Shown piece by piece: positions 27,298 through 43,794 of a stretch of 64,000 nucleotides of DNA. Position numbers and translations under genes: made by a program. Numbering within the stretch: the first letter of the stretch is position 1; each line of letters opens with the position of its first letter. The notes beneath the pieces are model-generated. The model was not told the origin of the DNA, did no database searches, and worked only from the letters and a program-made list of their open reading frames with translations. Source of the DNA: the human T2T-CHM13v2.0 reference genome, Homo sapiens; the NCBI RefSeq assembly GCF_009914755.1, contig NC_060945.1. One strand, 5' to 3'.

Positions 27298-27795
27298 AGC
27301 ACCATGTTGTGTCCAGTGAAAAAATTAATTATGCCACAAGAAAAATCAGACCAAAAAGGAAAAAAATACGAAGTTTAATTAATCTAAGTCATAGTTATTA
27401 AGGTTCTCCCCTTCTTGAACATATTAAACAATTTTCTATGAAGCAGTTTTCTTATAAAGTAAGTGCAGTCACTTCATGTGGTATTTTGTTGTTGTTGTTG
27501 TTGTTAACCACAGATTAAAACTGGAAGAGGCCATGTGACATTTGATTTCCAGTCAAACTGTGAAAGAAAACAAATATGTGAATGCTAAAATGTGTTTTGG
27601 GTGAAAATATCATTTGAGCAAAAATATTGTAGATTGTAACTTCCAACATGTCTGTCATTATTCATTAATTTATTCCAAATTTTCTAATACCTGGGAAGCA
27701 AAGTAATATCTTGAATTATAAAATAGGCAAAACGAATGACATTTAGAATCATCACTTTAGTATATTGATCCCATCCCTCATGAAAAGAAAAAGTG

Positions 27796-28086
27796 GGCCA
27801 GGCTGGTGGCTCACGCCTGTAATCCCAGCACTTTTGGGAGGCCGAGGCAGGCGAATCACGAGGTCAGGAGTTCAAGACCAGCATGGCCAACATGGTGAAA
27901 CCCCATCTCTACTAAAAATACAAAAATTAGCCGGGCTTGATAGGGGGCGCCTGTAATCCCAGCTACTAAGAGGCTGAGGGAGGAGAATCGCTTGAACTCC
28001 GGAGGCGGAGGTTGCGGTGAGCTGAGATCACGCCACTGCACTCCAGCCTGAGTGACAAAGGAAGATCTTATCACCAAAAAAAAAAA
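27796..28086 (+). mobile_element. Alu (AluSg-like)
   Basis: Full dimer with A tail. Confidence 0.95.
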
Positions 28087-28116
28087 TTGTCTCTTGTCCC
28101 CCCTAACCACTGCTTA

Positions 28117-28465
<349 letters not shown>

Positions 28466-28787
28466 AAAAGGAAAAGTATTCAGCAAACCATACCATTGAG
28501 TTGATGAGCTTCCTTCTTTTATGTTTTCTAGAAGCCAAATTACTGTTTGAAAATAATCGTAACATTCAACTTTGTTATTAAAACATGGCTCATTAAATGT
28601 CGTTGCCAATCACCTAGAGAGATAATATCTGAATCACCTTTGAAAATACTTTGTAACTACAGGGTTCTAAAAAAATTTCATTTTTTGTTGCCCATATATT
28701 TTTTTAACTGTATTATATTGAATAGGCATATTCCATGAGAATAACTACAAAATTATGGAATTACACTTTTAAAACCTAAGAATACAT

Positions 28788-29147
28788 ATTTTATTTATTT
28801 ATTTATTGTTAGTTTAGGTTTGGAGGTACTTGTGAAAGTTTGTTACATAGGTAAATGTGTGTCATGGGGGTTTGTTGTACAGATTATTTCATCACCCAGG
28901 TATTAAGCCCAGTACTCAAGAGGCCTCTTTTCTGCTCCTCTCCTTCCTCCCACCCTCCCTCTCAAGTGCACCCCAGTTTCCTTGTTTGTGTTCGTAAGTT
29001 CTTATCATTTGGCTCCTACTCATAAGTGAGAACATGTGGTATCTGGTTTCCTGTTCCTGTGTTGACTTGCTAAGGATAATGACCTCCAGCTCCATTCACA
29101 TTCCTGCAGAAGCCATGATCTTGTTTTTTTTTAATGGCTGCATAGTA
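28788..29147 (-). mobile_element. L1PA15/16-like 3' end
   Basis: L1 3' UTR antisense; TSD AAGAATACAT at 28778-28787 and 29148-29157. Confidence 0.9.
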
Positions 29148-30427
29148 AAGAATACATTTTTAATTCAGTATGTTTGAAAAAATTAGTTATTCCTGTACTT
29201 AATATATATATATATACTAAGACTAATGCCTTCTAAGCTTAATACTATATTTCTTCTTATGTATAATTATACATTTTTTGTTTTATTATTTTTTTCATCT
29301 ATAAAATGAGTGAATTGTTCCAGCTTAATAATCTTTTGTACTTCACTAGTAAGCTAGTTGAAAGCTAATTTTCATTCCCAGATACGGATTTTCCTACAAA
29401 AATCTAACAAATTAGTCTGTATTAAGATAAAATTAGGTGATCAAAGTGTGAGAGTGTTATCTACACAAGACATCTGATGAGCACAGCCACATGTAATTCT
29501 TCATATTAGCCTAATCCTTTCTAGGGAGATTAACCAGTACTTAGAAAGTGTTAAGCTCCAAACTCACCTCTTAATGTTCTGAAAGCAAGAGAAGTAAGCT
29601 AAAATTTATACAGAATTTACCACGTGTAAGGAGCTCTTCATAGTCTACCTAATTGATTCCCCAGAATTACCCTAGAAGGATAGTGTAGTTTCTGACAGAA
29701 ACTGTTTGATGTAGGCCACAGTAAAGGTCACCGAAGAAAAAAAGTCTGATGCTTTAAGTATAGAAGAGTAAAATAATTTTGAAAATAGCCAGGATGGGGG
29801 AACTGAAGGATCACAGAGGCTCAGCAGAGACTGCTCTGTCTTCTGGTCCACCAAAATTGTCCTGTTTACTTCTGTTTTGTCCTTAAAATAATCTGTTTTA
29901 TAAGATAACATTCTTTTAATGTCCTCAACGTTAAAACAAAACATCTCCTCCGCCCCCCAAAAAGTTCTTTTTATTTTTTATTTTGATCAGAGAAAAGCCC
30001 CAAATGACATTAATAACCCACGAATAATCGTTCTCCATGGCTAGAACATGTTAAAAGCCTTTGATCCTCTTTCAAAGGAACAAAACACAATCCCACTAAA
30101 AGTGTCATGTGGCTGTTTTGCTCTTGCATACAGCAAGGAAATGAACCTCAGTGTTGTGCAAGCAAGTTTTGCCTGAAATTAATTTTGAGCTTAACTATCT
30201 ATTTAGGCTGTAACAGAAATGGGTCTGGAGTAAACAAGGAAAAGCCACTTGAATTACATCTCGGCCTCTGAAGATTCTAATTTGCTTGGTTGCAAGTCTC
30301 ATCCCTCCTTTCCGGGAGATGATAGCTGCAATGCTGCACACAGGGCAAATGGAGATCTAGAACGAGTTGACAGCGCTATTTGAAAACTCACTTCTTATAT
30401 TTAATTCCTGGTTTTTGTTCTATTTTC

Positions 30428-30736
<309 letters not shown>

Positions 30737-31764
30737 TTTTTGTTCTATTTTCAAAATGAGGTCACTTCTTCAAAAAGAGTCTAAAAGTAACAGCTGTCAT
30801 GTTATACAAACTTTCTTTTTATCTTCCTTCCTTTTTACTTTGACATCTTCCCCTCTTCATGCCAGTGTGGTTCTCTATTAATTCTGCCAATCATTAACCT
30901 AGTCTCTCAGCTCTTCTTCACAGTATTGGCACAGTTTATCTTTCAATCATGTCAATGAACAAATATATTTCACTACAGGAAGATGTTTGGCTATTTCAAT
31001 GTGGTAATGAAAGCAAATGCAACGTGGCTCCTCCTTTATTCCAGCCTTGCCAGTGAGTATGGTTCCTCTGCCACACAGTCTTCATGGGAGGGCTACTCTT
31101 CACCTACTGTTGTTGAATAAACCCTGTGTTCTCTCACTTCTAAGCCAGAAGGCCTTTTTTGTATATCTACCTGTCCTGCAAAGATCAATTCAAATTCTGC
31201 CTCTGCCGAGAAACTTCATCCCAACCAACCCAAGGGCGCATGAATCTCTCTTTCCCATAATAATATGCTACTTTGTTTATCTCTCTGATTTAGTATTTAT
31301 CACAGTCTTCCTTGAGACTGAGTTATTTATGAGAGCTTCTCTCTTGGTGAAGTATAAGAGGTCAAGGACCATGTATAATTTATACAGTCAAACCCCCAAA
31401 TGCTCAGCATAATCCTCTGCACATAGTATCCACAAACAAGTGTGTGTTGAAACAAACTGCATTGAATTTAGAATACTTTTAAATTTGAATTACTCTTACA
31501 TTCAACCTCAAGAACAAGGTAAATAATTTAAAAAGCTAAATATACTTTTGACTTCTTTTGTAGTAATTTTGGATATCACATTCTCAAAATCGCTTGTCAA
31601 AGCGTTAGGGTCAAAATAAATTTTGGGACCTCACTCTTTCTCATCTAGCTAGTTTCATTTGTTCATTTGTTCTTCTAGCTAGTTTCCATCCACTCTAATG
31701 AAAGGGGGTAGAATCTTATTTTTCCCCAAATTTTCCTCAGATGGCTCATTTATTAATAACTCAA

Positions 31765-32275
31765 TATTCTAAGTGCGGCCTGTGAAGCAACAGCAACAAC
31801 ACCACCTAGGAACTTGTTAGAAATGCAAAATCTTAGGCCAAATCAAGACCTACTGAACCAGAATCTACATTTTATCAAGATACCCAGGTGGCTTTCATAT
31901 GTAAGTTTGAAGGCCGGGTGCGGTGGTTCATGCTTGTAATCCCAGCACTTTGGGAGGCCAAGGCAAGTGAACCACCTGAGTTCGGGAGTTCAAGACCAGC
32001 CTGACCAACATGAAGAAACCCCGACTCTACTAAAAATACAAAATTAGCTGGGCGTGGTGGCACATGCCTGTAATCCCAGCTATTCAGGAGGCTGAGTCAG
32101 GAGAATCACTTGAACCCGGGAGGTGGAGGTTGTGGTGAGGCTAGATTGAGCCACTGCACTCCAGCCTGGGGAACGAGAGTGAAACTCTGTCTCAAAAATA
32201 AAAATAAAATAAAATAAAATAAAATAAAATAAAATAAAATAAAATAAAATAAAAAGAGGTTTGAGAAGCACTGCT
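31765..32275. mobile_element. MER5-type MITE interrupted by an Alu
   Basis: ggaacttgttagaaatgcaaaatcttaggcc...gtttga[Alu]gtttgagaagcactgc. Confidence 0.75.
31912..32255 (+). mobile_element. AluSp-like with (AAAAT)n tail
   Basis: cgggagttcaagaccagcctgaccaacatgaagaaaccc diagnostic; pentanucleotide tail. Confidence 0.93.
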
Positions 32276-32522
32276 ATCATATCATGTATGTATTTCCTAA
32301 GGCACCCCTCCACCCCCTCCCCACCCAACGCCAATCATGTGTGCCACACACACACAATTGCCTGAAGCAATTGCTGGTTTCTAGAAAATTAAGAGTTAGT
32401 AAACAATTCTGATTTTGGTTTTAATTAGAAGAGCTACACTTGGGTGGGGACTGGAGGATGCCTTCTTTATTCAATCTTATTCTCTTACTTTTGTGTTTTG
32501 ACTATTTTTATCATTTTAAAAG

Positions 32523-32654
32523 CTCAGTACAAGGTTAAGTAAAACATTATTTTCTATCTGTGAAACAAGAATAACTAGATATTTAAAGCTATACATTTAG
32601 GCTTTCTGTTCTTCAAGGGTTATTTCTTCTTTTCTAGGCTTCATGCTTATGATT
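32523..32654 (+). repeat. Copy A (probable donor) of a 132-bp local direct duplication
   Basis: Ungapped alignment to 34848-34979 with 6 mismatches. Confidence 0.97.
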
Positions 32655-32929
32655 TTCATAGCTTTGTTAAAATAAATGGTCCTGTTGTCTTGTATCTCAG
32701 TAGTAAAAACAGGATAAACTTACACTTCCTATTACAGAAAATAAAATATTCACTGACTACCAACTATGTATCAAGAATTCAACTCTGTATTTTTCTCATA
32801 ATCAGGTAGACTTCATTTTTTCCCCCGAATATACAGGCAAAGGAAATGAGACCCAGATGGACTGAGCAATTTGCTCAAGATCATATTTGAACTCATCCAT
32901 TTGACCTCTCAATTTCTGTCCTTTCTAAC

Positions 32930-33300
32930 ACATTCATTTGCCCAACTCACATCTACTTATTGGGCATCTAGAATTTTCCAGGCACTGTGTTAGGAGTAAG
33001 ACACATATAGATTTTTGCCTTCATGGGGCCTACATTATACTAGGATAATTTGAGAAAAATAAATAAAAAGCAAAAATGAGTTAGTTACGGCATTTATGAT
33101 AAGTGCTTTGAAGAAGAGTTTTAGAATGCAATGAAACTGTACAACATGGGACTTAATTTGAGAAGCAGAGAAGACTTTCCTGAAATGATGAATAGTAATG
33201 AACCAAGTAAGATGGCTAAGTAAGTGAGGGAAGGATACTATCTTACAAAGACAAGCATGAGCACGTATAATACCTTGGAGCTGAAAGAGGCACTGGTCTA
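32930..33300 (-). mobile_element. L2 fragment
   Basis: cattcatt...ttattgggcatct...ccaggcactgtgttagg...tgccttcatggggcctacatt. Confidence 0.65.
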
Positions 33301-34847
33301 TTACCACACTGGAGAGTTATTTCTAAATTCTGGGAATTGATTCAATGTTTGAGAAATAAAATTCCAGCTTTTCCATTTGCATGCTTTGAGATTTCTCTAA
33401 TTCCTAGTTTCCTTTGCAAATCTGGATAAAAACCCTCATAATAATAACATCACAACAACAAGTCAGCGATAATAATGTCTATTCCAAAGTGTCTGGCAGA
33501 TAATGGGTACTCAATGGATATTTAACAATAAATGAATGATGGTTGTGATGACTAAATAATATAATAAATGTGGAAAGCCATAATTGTTCATTTAGCCATT
33601 CATTTGTTTACTATTAATATAAATATTTATTGAGTTCTTTTTGTAGGCCTAGTAATATATAGTTAAATAAAAATATCTTTGTTATATAAGTGGTAGTTTT
33701 TCTTCTTGCTTTTTTAAATGTTATAAAATTAATAAAGGATCTGTAAATGTTAATGGATCCCTGAGTTGCAGCACTCACATGCTTTTGTAAAAGTTTACCA
33801 TTTAGATCAAAACTCTGGGAAGTATATATTTTGAAATTCACAGCCAGAGTATTTCCTCATAATTTAAGTTTTAGCTGTTATTAATCATGGTTTCAAGTAA
33901 CCAAGGCTTTCCTAACTTTATAAAATGAAAAATCTGACTATAATTATGAATAATACAACTGTACCCTGGGAAGCTGATGTTCAGATATTGTCATGCTGAG
34001 AAAAGCAGCCCAGCCAGCCTCTTATCCTAGAACATCATATTCTGTCCCACATGGTTTTACCCCTCCGGTTATAACCAATTGAACCACGGATAGACAACTG
34101 ACTCAACATTAGCCAATGATCTATGAAGTGGCCAAAGGTGAAACCTTTGTAGGGTACCTTATGTGGGATGGTGAGTGCTAAAACCAAGCAAGGCCTCTCA
34201 TTTGGAATATGAATGTAGGAGTAACAGAAAATGAGTACTTGCTCAATACGAGTGGAGAGAATAGAAGTGGAGAAGGTAGCCAATAAGAACATCAGTGTTT
34301 TAGGGGGTACTTACTATGGTTCTAGTGAAGTCCCAGAGTTGATGTCAAATGAGTAGTGGTATAGATGATTTCATAAATTCAGTTCTCAATTTATACTCCA
34401 ATCTTGAAGAAACTTGACTATTTAGAAATTCAGTTTTTTCCCCCATAAGAATTGGCCAGGTGATGATACTGAATTTTTACATTTTCCACATAACTTTCAA
34501 CAAGTGTCAGTTTATTACGTTAATATAATTTAAGAAAGCCTAAATGGTGTACTATACCTACTTCAAATTTCTAAGTCAGGAACCCATGTTATTACTAGTT
34601 TTACAGAAAATGTCAAAAGTTACTTTAGAACAACTTTATTTCAATAGTGATTTCCAACTTTCCTTCAATTAAACTATCACCAGAAAAATCTGTAACTGCT
34701 ACAAATTTTCAGAGAAAAGTTACTATTCTACTCATAGGTGTGTGGTATCAAGTGAAACACTATTTTATGCCACATATACATGAACATGCATGCAGCAGTG
34801 TTTTCAACTGGCAGCATTTTGCCTAACACTAACCTTGCTGACTTCAA

Positions 34848-34979
34848 CTCAGTACAAGGTTAAGTAAAATATTATATTCTATTTGTGAAACAAGAATAAC
34901 TAGATATTTAAAGCTATACATTTAAGTTTTCTGTTCTTCAAGGGTTATTTCTTCTTTGCTAGGCTTCATGCTTATGATT
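34848..34979 (+). repeat. Copy B of the 132-bp duplication, running into the minisatellite
   Basis: 126 of 132 bases identical to 32523-32654. Confidence 0.97.
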
Positions 34980-35562
34980 CAGCTTCATGCTTATGGTACT
35001 AGGCTTCAAGTTTATGATTCAGCTTCATGCTAATGGTATTAGGCTTCATGCTTATGGTACTAGGTTTCATGCTTATGGTACTAGGCTTCGTGCTTATGGT
35101 ATTGGGCTTCATGCTTATGGTATTGGGCTTCATGCTTATAGTATTGGGCTTCATGCTTATGGTACTAGGCTTCGTGCTTATGGTATTAGGCTTCATGCTT
35201 ATGATTCAGCTTCATGCTTATGATATTAGGCTTATACTTATGGTACTAGGCTTCATGCTTATGGTACTAGGCTTCATGCTTATGGTATTAAGCTTCATAC
35301 TTATGGTACTAGGCTTCATGCTTATGGTATTAGGCTTCATGCTTATGGTACTAGGTTTCATGCTTATGGTACTAGGCTTCGTGCTTATGGTACTAGGCTT
35401 CATGCTTATGGTATTAGGCTTCATGCTTTTGATTCAGTTTCATGCTTATGGTATTAGGCTTCATGCTTATGGTACTAGGTTTCATGCTTATGGTACTAGG
35501 CTTCATGCTTATGGTACTAGGCTTCGTGCTTATGGTACTAGGCTTCATGCTTATGGTATTCA
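34959..35562. repeat. Minisatellite/VNTR, 21-bp unit GCTTCATGCTTATGGTAYTAG, about 29 units including four 19-bp variants
   Basis: Units parsed by eye. Confidence 0.98.
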
Positions 35563-36539
35563 GATGGTGGTTAATCACCATTCCAGTGGTTCTGACCTGT
35601 AAATCACTAGCAACCACAACAGATCTTCAGCATAATCTCAAACTTGTTTATATGTATTTCAAATAAAAGATGCCTCATTTTCTTTCCAAAAATTACAAAA
35701 CAAAACAAAACAATAACAGTACCAGACTACCATGTTTTTAAATAGTAATTTATTAAAGTGTCTATATATTTCAACTTAAAATATGAAGTGGGAAAGGAAA
35801 TGAGCTCTCGATATTATAGTTCCCATGTTAAGTATATTTCATTTCATAAAATAACTTTGGATCCCATTTTGTCAACAAATAAATTTTGAAGAAGTTAAAA
35901 AACATTTAAAATAAATAACAACAGCAATAATTTCAATAAGTTAAAGAAAAATCGAAGACAAACAAGACTATTGTGTCTGACTTAGATGTATAGCATTTGA
36001 GTGCAAAACAATAAAGAAAGTAATATCCACAAAAGTCAGGCTAGTAGTTAATCTTTGAGATTAACCAAATGGGATCATAGTTGGATGAAGAAATGTGAAT
36101 ATCTTTGGGATGACTTGCAATATTCTTATTTCCTGAGATGAGTGGTAGTTATATCAGTTATCATTTTATAATAATTCATTGAGTGGTTTGTTTTTTGCAG
36201 CTTTCTGCATTTATGTAATATTTAACAACAGAAAAGTGTTTCTAAAATATGATTTTGTTCAAAATAACATTTTGCCTTAAAGAACTGTGATTTACTAATG
36301 TATGCAAAATAAGAGGTCCAGAAGTAAGCAGTTTCAGGTTGGGATAATTTTGTTTTAGTGATGTGGGGATTTAGGGTCAACTTCTCTCCCATTCTCTAAG
36401 ATTCTCCCTCATCTTTGAAAGATGGTGGACTCAACACCAAAACACACCTATGTACACCTGCTAGAAGCCTGAGAGAAGGAGCGTGGGAGTAAAATAATCT
36501 TTATATGACCTCCTTTCATTTTCTGAATGAGTTAGTGTG

Positions 36540-38150
<1,611 letters not shown>

Positions 38151-41100
38151 GTATAAATGGAACTTATGCCTATTAGCAATCAAGTAAGAAGCTCTAGTGG
38201 ACAACTTTTTATTTGCAGCTGTCTATAATTTTGTCACATGTCCCTCCTTTCATCAATTACGGTTCATCCTTAGGGTTGCGGGGAAGAGCATGACTTCCTT
38301 AAGCACATTTTTTTCCCTATAAATTATCAGGAATAAGTAAGGGGGGAACTGCCATTGGCATAACAATCAATAGCCTCTGGGAGTCACTTCCTCATAGATG
38401 CAGAGATTTGTTTTTCTTTCCCTTCCTTGAATTAGGAAGAAATGATGTTTTGAATCAGATTGTAGATGGATAACTTCAGCAAATCATTAGACAAACATAA
38501 ATTCCTACTAAATTAAGTTCTTCTATGAGGTTCTGCTTAGAACAGACCCAATAACATCCCCAGGATTGGCAGAAAATCAGACAATTGAGTCTTGATTCTC
38601 AACTTAAATACTTTGCAATGCTTAACTAGGCACGAGGCATTATACCTTCACCTCATAGAGGAACTTGCCACTTTCACTTTACAGATGCAACGAAGAATAG
38701 GGTTTCTTATAGATGGTCACATAAAAAATGAAAACACAGTAGGAAGAACAATATCTTTTATGCCTGGGATTCTTTGAAAATAACAAAATACGTAAGATAA
38801 AAATTGTGTCCTAGAAGTGTTTACAATCCTTCAGGGGAGAAAACAAATTTCAAAGAAAGGCTGAATAATATGTTTTAGAGAAGCATATGCAATATAACTT
38901 CATGTGCAAGGAAGAAGAAATAATTAAATCTGGCAGAGAGTCTTGAAGGATATTTTTAATCTACAATATTTGAGCAGGATCACAAAAGATGATTTATTGT
39001 GATAAGTGAATTAGGAAAGGATATTACAGCCTGAGGAAGAATCATGAACTAATCATGGAAGCATTGATGTGCTGAGTGTTCAAATAACATCAACTACTGC
39101 ACTGTGACAACAGTATCACAAAAATCTTAATGAACCAGTGAGAAGTAAGAATGTACAATCATTTGGGGAACATATCAGGGAAATCCTTGAACACAGGGCT
39201 AAGCATTTGAATATAAAAACATTGTTTCAGAATTCTGTATCCATGTGGCTACACAGATACACACACATTTAATAAGAGGCAATTTATGAAAAGCACTAAG
39301 GTTGCAGCTAAGAAAACAGGAGTAGTAGTTTAAAGAATAAAGATGACATTTCTGGTTTGGATAACCAAGGAGAGCTTTTAGAAGGGAATAGAAGTTGAAT
39401 TCAGCCTTGGAATTTTGAGCAGAATGTTGAAAATGTTGACATGTAGAGCTGGGTGGCCATGGAAGATGAAATTGGAGGGAGGACACACATTTCAAAGCCC
39501 ACATGAATTAGACGGGTAGAAAAAAGACCACACTGCTTAAATTGTGAGAGATTCTGAATGCATGAGACATTATTAGAATAGTAAAGCTACTGTATTTCAT
39601 CTCAACTTAGATGCCATTAATAATTTGTACCATTATTTCACGTAATAGTAAATGGGGAGAAGGATATCAATTAGAGTATTAATTAGAGTTATTAATTGTA
39701 ACTCTAAGATGTTGAAATATGAAAAATTACATAAATAAGAAGCGGAATATCTAAACAACTCTTTTTATCTACATTTTGCCATGAAAATATTTAGTTTTTT
39801 AAAATTATCTTCAAATAAACAATTCATTGGAAAGATATAAATGTCAACTTACATAAAATTTAATTGCTATCCTTTAGAATAATTTTGCCAAAAACGCAGC
39901 AAGAGTTGAATACAACACAACTTTATGAAACAGCAGGCAAGAACAAAATGTTAATGTTCCTATGTGCTTGGAAAATGATGAGGGAATAAAATGGGTCCAT
40001 TCAACTCACTTGGGTGATGCTTATATCACGGCATAAGGGTTCTTTTGGTACCTTTGCTGAATTTCAACAATTCTATTCACTGGGCATTGCCAGAAAACTG
40101 ACAGAAAGCCAGTTACAGTTTTCTTTTCTCAATTACCCTATTTTCTTCCATTCACTCAGAAAGTAACAACCTTGGGAGACTAAGATTTTACACTGTAAGT
40201 TCAAACTTCCAATTAAAAGCCACTCTCTCTATAACTCTGACATGTTTTTCTTTATTTTTCCCATAAATTAGTGAATTTGCAGGCTTAACTTTTACATAAT
40301 GGCTCCAAGGGTCTTACCACATATCATTTATTCTGACAGTTTGGGGAAAAAAACAGTTGATTTTTTTTTTTAATCAAAATAAAAAGGCAAAACCATCATT
40401 ATATTTCTGGAAGCAATAGGGATCACACAGGTTGTAGTGCAGTCTTAGAGAGCTGAACAGCTTTTAGGTAGTTATCATTTTGCTTTATTTTTGCATTAAT
40501 TCACAAATTCATAAAAGTCGAGTAGATTAGATTTTACTTTTCTTTCTTGGAAAATGACAAACATGTTTCTTTCCAAATAGATACAAATTTTAAAAGTGCA
40601 GCTAATGAAGAATTAACAGCTGTCAAATTATAAGTAGATTTCATTCATTAATTAGTTTCTGTCCAGGGCACGCATACAGACATTTCAATAAACATGAATA
40701 TTGAAACTAAGAAGCTATGTCTGGGAGGCTATGCGATTAGCACATGAAACTTCATTTAGAGAATTAGGAAGTCCTAGAAAACTCTTGATTTGTCAGTTAT
40801 ATGGCTATGTGACACTGAATCCATTATAAAGAAATATTAAATATCTGTCAGATATTTGATTTACATAGTACCAACTAAACAATGTGTTTGGTTTTTCATT
40901 GAAATGTTTAAAGACTGCAAAATCCTCGTGCCGCAGTTACATCTCTAATTCAAGGTTAAACGTTCAAAATAATTCTTATCGAAATAATATGAGATTATGC
41001 ATTTTAAAGTTTCATTCCTCTTTTTCCTTACAGATTATACAAATCTTTATGTATATGTTCCAAGAATTTAGAATAAGATATGTGTATCTAACTTAGTTAA

Positions 41101-41445
41101 CTTGTAAGGAAAGCACCAAATACCAGATTTATATTGTCTGATACCATTCCAGTTGAAGATATTTTTGTGAATTTTAAAAATAACAAAAAGATATATTATG
41201 CCTATATGCAATTTATATGAAATCTTTACAATTCTTTTTTTATTGTCAATCCCTCTCATCTTAAAAGAGAGAAATGTATTAACTTCATTTCCATGGATTT
41301 TCATTTCCCTAGCGTGTCACCACATAAAAGTACTGTTGAAGCATGAGGTAGGTGGATAACAAATTAGAGAATACACTAATTTGTATGCATGCAATAAAAA
41401 TCTCAACTCAAACTATCTTACATAGTGGAGAAAATACATTATTGA

Positions 41446-41803
<358 letters not shown>

Positions 41804-43431
41804 TGATTTCTGCTGCAGGTCCATTGCTCATGTGAAAACCTGAGAAATTCCAGGAAAAGAAGAGACGTGCCTTTCTCCAGTGTTGTTTTTATGGGAGATG
41901 GGGGCAGGCAAGCCATCTTTCCAAGAAGCCTCCAGCATTCTTCTCTATTTCTTTAATGAGCAGAATTTCTCATGTGCTCATTATTAAACTGAGCACTGAG
42001 GAGCAAGAAGAGATGGTCACGGCTGCTTAATGAAGCACGTGATCGTGGGAAGACGTTGGGATGCTGAGTAACAAGGATGCTCTGTAAGTAAGAAAGGGTG
42101 GGCCGAACAGGAGAGACAAAAAGAAAACAGAGGACAAGTTCCAAACACCACAAATGAACACGTTTTCTTTCAAAAGTTGCATATATTTATCCAATATGTC
42201 TTGTGTAACCAGAATCAGGCAGTCTCTTGACTCACTAGGCCATGATCCCAAACGTCTACCAGTCTTACCATGCTTCATTTGATACTACCCTATTTTTTCC
42301 TATGTTGTTTTGGCTTATTATTTACTGTCTTTAATACATACCTTACCTCACTAATTAGTGCATTATCTTCCTTGCTCTTTCCCTTCCTTTTTCTTCCCTT
42401 TACCCATCCTCTTTTATTTACATTTTTTACTGGCCACTTGCTTATTTTGATACCTCAAGATGCTAATAGACCTTAAAGCTCTGTATGCCTTTCTCAAAGA
42501 ACAGGAGTAAATCCTTTCATATGTGCCTTCCCTGTGTTTAGCACATGCTAATTTCGTTGCAGGTTCTCAAGGAAATGCTTGCTGAAGACTGCATACATTG
42601 AAAAGGCCAGAGGGTGGCACCGTGGTGAACCAAGCCTGGTGACGCCCTCAAGTCCCAGTGCTGCAAGTTGCTGCTGATTCACTTCTCCAATGAGTCCACA
42701 TTTTAGTATTCGATGGTCTAGGAATTATCATGCACATGTAACTTGGTCTAAACTAGAACAGATTCTTTACTACCAGGATTTACATTTCTGATGTTTTAGT
42801 TATTCTGGTTTATAAGAGTCTTCAGAGAATTCCTGGTTTTGTTACCATTTAGCCTGTTTCCATCCTTGTCAAAATATTTGTCTTGACTATTAAGACAGAA
42901 TAAGGAAGTTATCTGTGTGATGTAGCTGAAAGGGTTAAATTTCTTGGTCACTTAATCAGAGAATCCAAAATGTTTGTTCTTCATTTTTGGAAGGCAAGGA
43001 GCTTCACTTAGCCTGAAAATATTCATCAGTAAACAAATAGAATTAATAATATTAATGCCAGGTATGAAAAGGAGGGCTTTTCCCATAAGGGAAAGGATAT
43101 ACTCGGCTAGTGATAGCGGAAACCCGGCAGTAGTGTACAATCCAGTCCCAGGCATATGGCTCAAGTCTGCTGCCAAATCACACAACTTGAAGCTATCAGG
43201 TGGCACTGCCTTTGTTAGTGGATAGTGCCATCTTCATACACCATGGGCAGTGACACTTCTATTCCCCTGTCCCGTCTCTCAGAGCTTGTTCATCCTCAGG
43301 CCTTTTATACCAATATGTGTATTGATGATCCTTTTAAATAATACTAGGATGTACAGGTTGAGAGCAAGATAGCGTGAGTTAACATTTTCATAGAAACAGA
43401 ACTGAGACATAAAAAGCATTAGCAGACTATA

Positions 43432-43794
43432 TGTTTTAGCTCATTCTAGTTGTTATAACAAAATACCATAGACTGGGTGGCTTATAAACAAGAGAAATTT
43501 ATTCTCACAGTCCACAGTCTGACAAGTGCAAGATGAAGGCACTGGAAGATTCATTATCAAGTGAAGGCTCGCTTCTTGGTTCATAGAAGGCATCTCCTTG
43601 CTCCATCCTCATATGATGGAAGAGGCAAACAACCTCCCTTGAGCCTCATTTAATAAGGACACTAATACCATGCGTGAGGGCTCCACCTTCATTACATAAT
43701 CATCTCTCAAAAACCCACCTCTTAAAACCATCACCATGAGGGTTAGAATTTCAGCCCATGAATTTTAGAGGGTACAAACATTCAGACTATAGCA
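43432..43794 (-). mobile_element. MLT1A-type MaLR solo LTR
   Basis: aaaataccatagactgggtggcttataaacaa ... aaacattcagactatagca; TSD CTATA/CTATG. Confidence 0.88.

Noticed and set aside
34959-35562. CRISPR-like array
   Set aside because: Units are head-to-tail with no unique spacers, there are no cas genes, and the DNA is primate.
34987-35666. ORFs of repeated MLMVLGF / MKPSTIS / LHAYGTR heptads (up to 191 aa)
   Set aside because: Artefact of a 21-bp (in-frame) tandem repeat; no promoter, splice context or unique coding flank.
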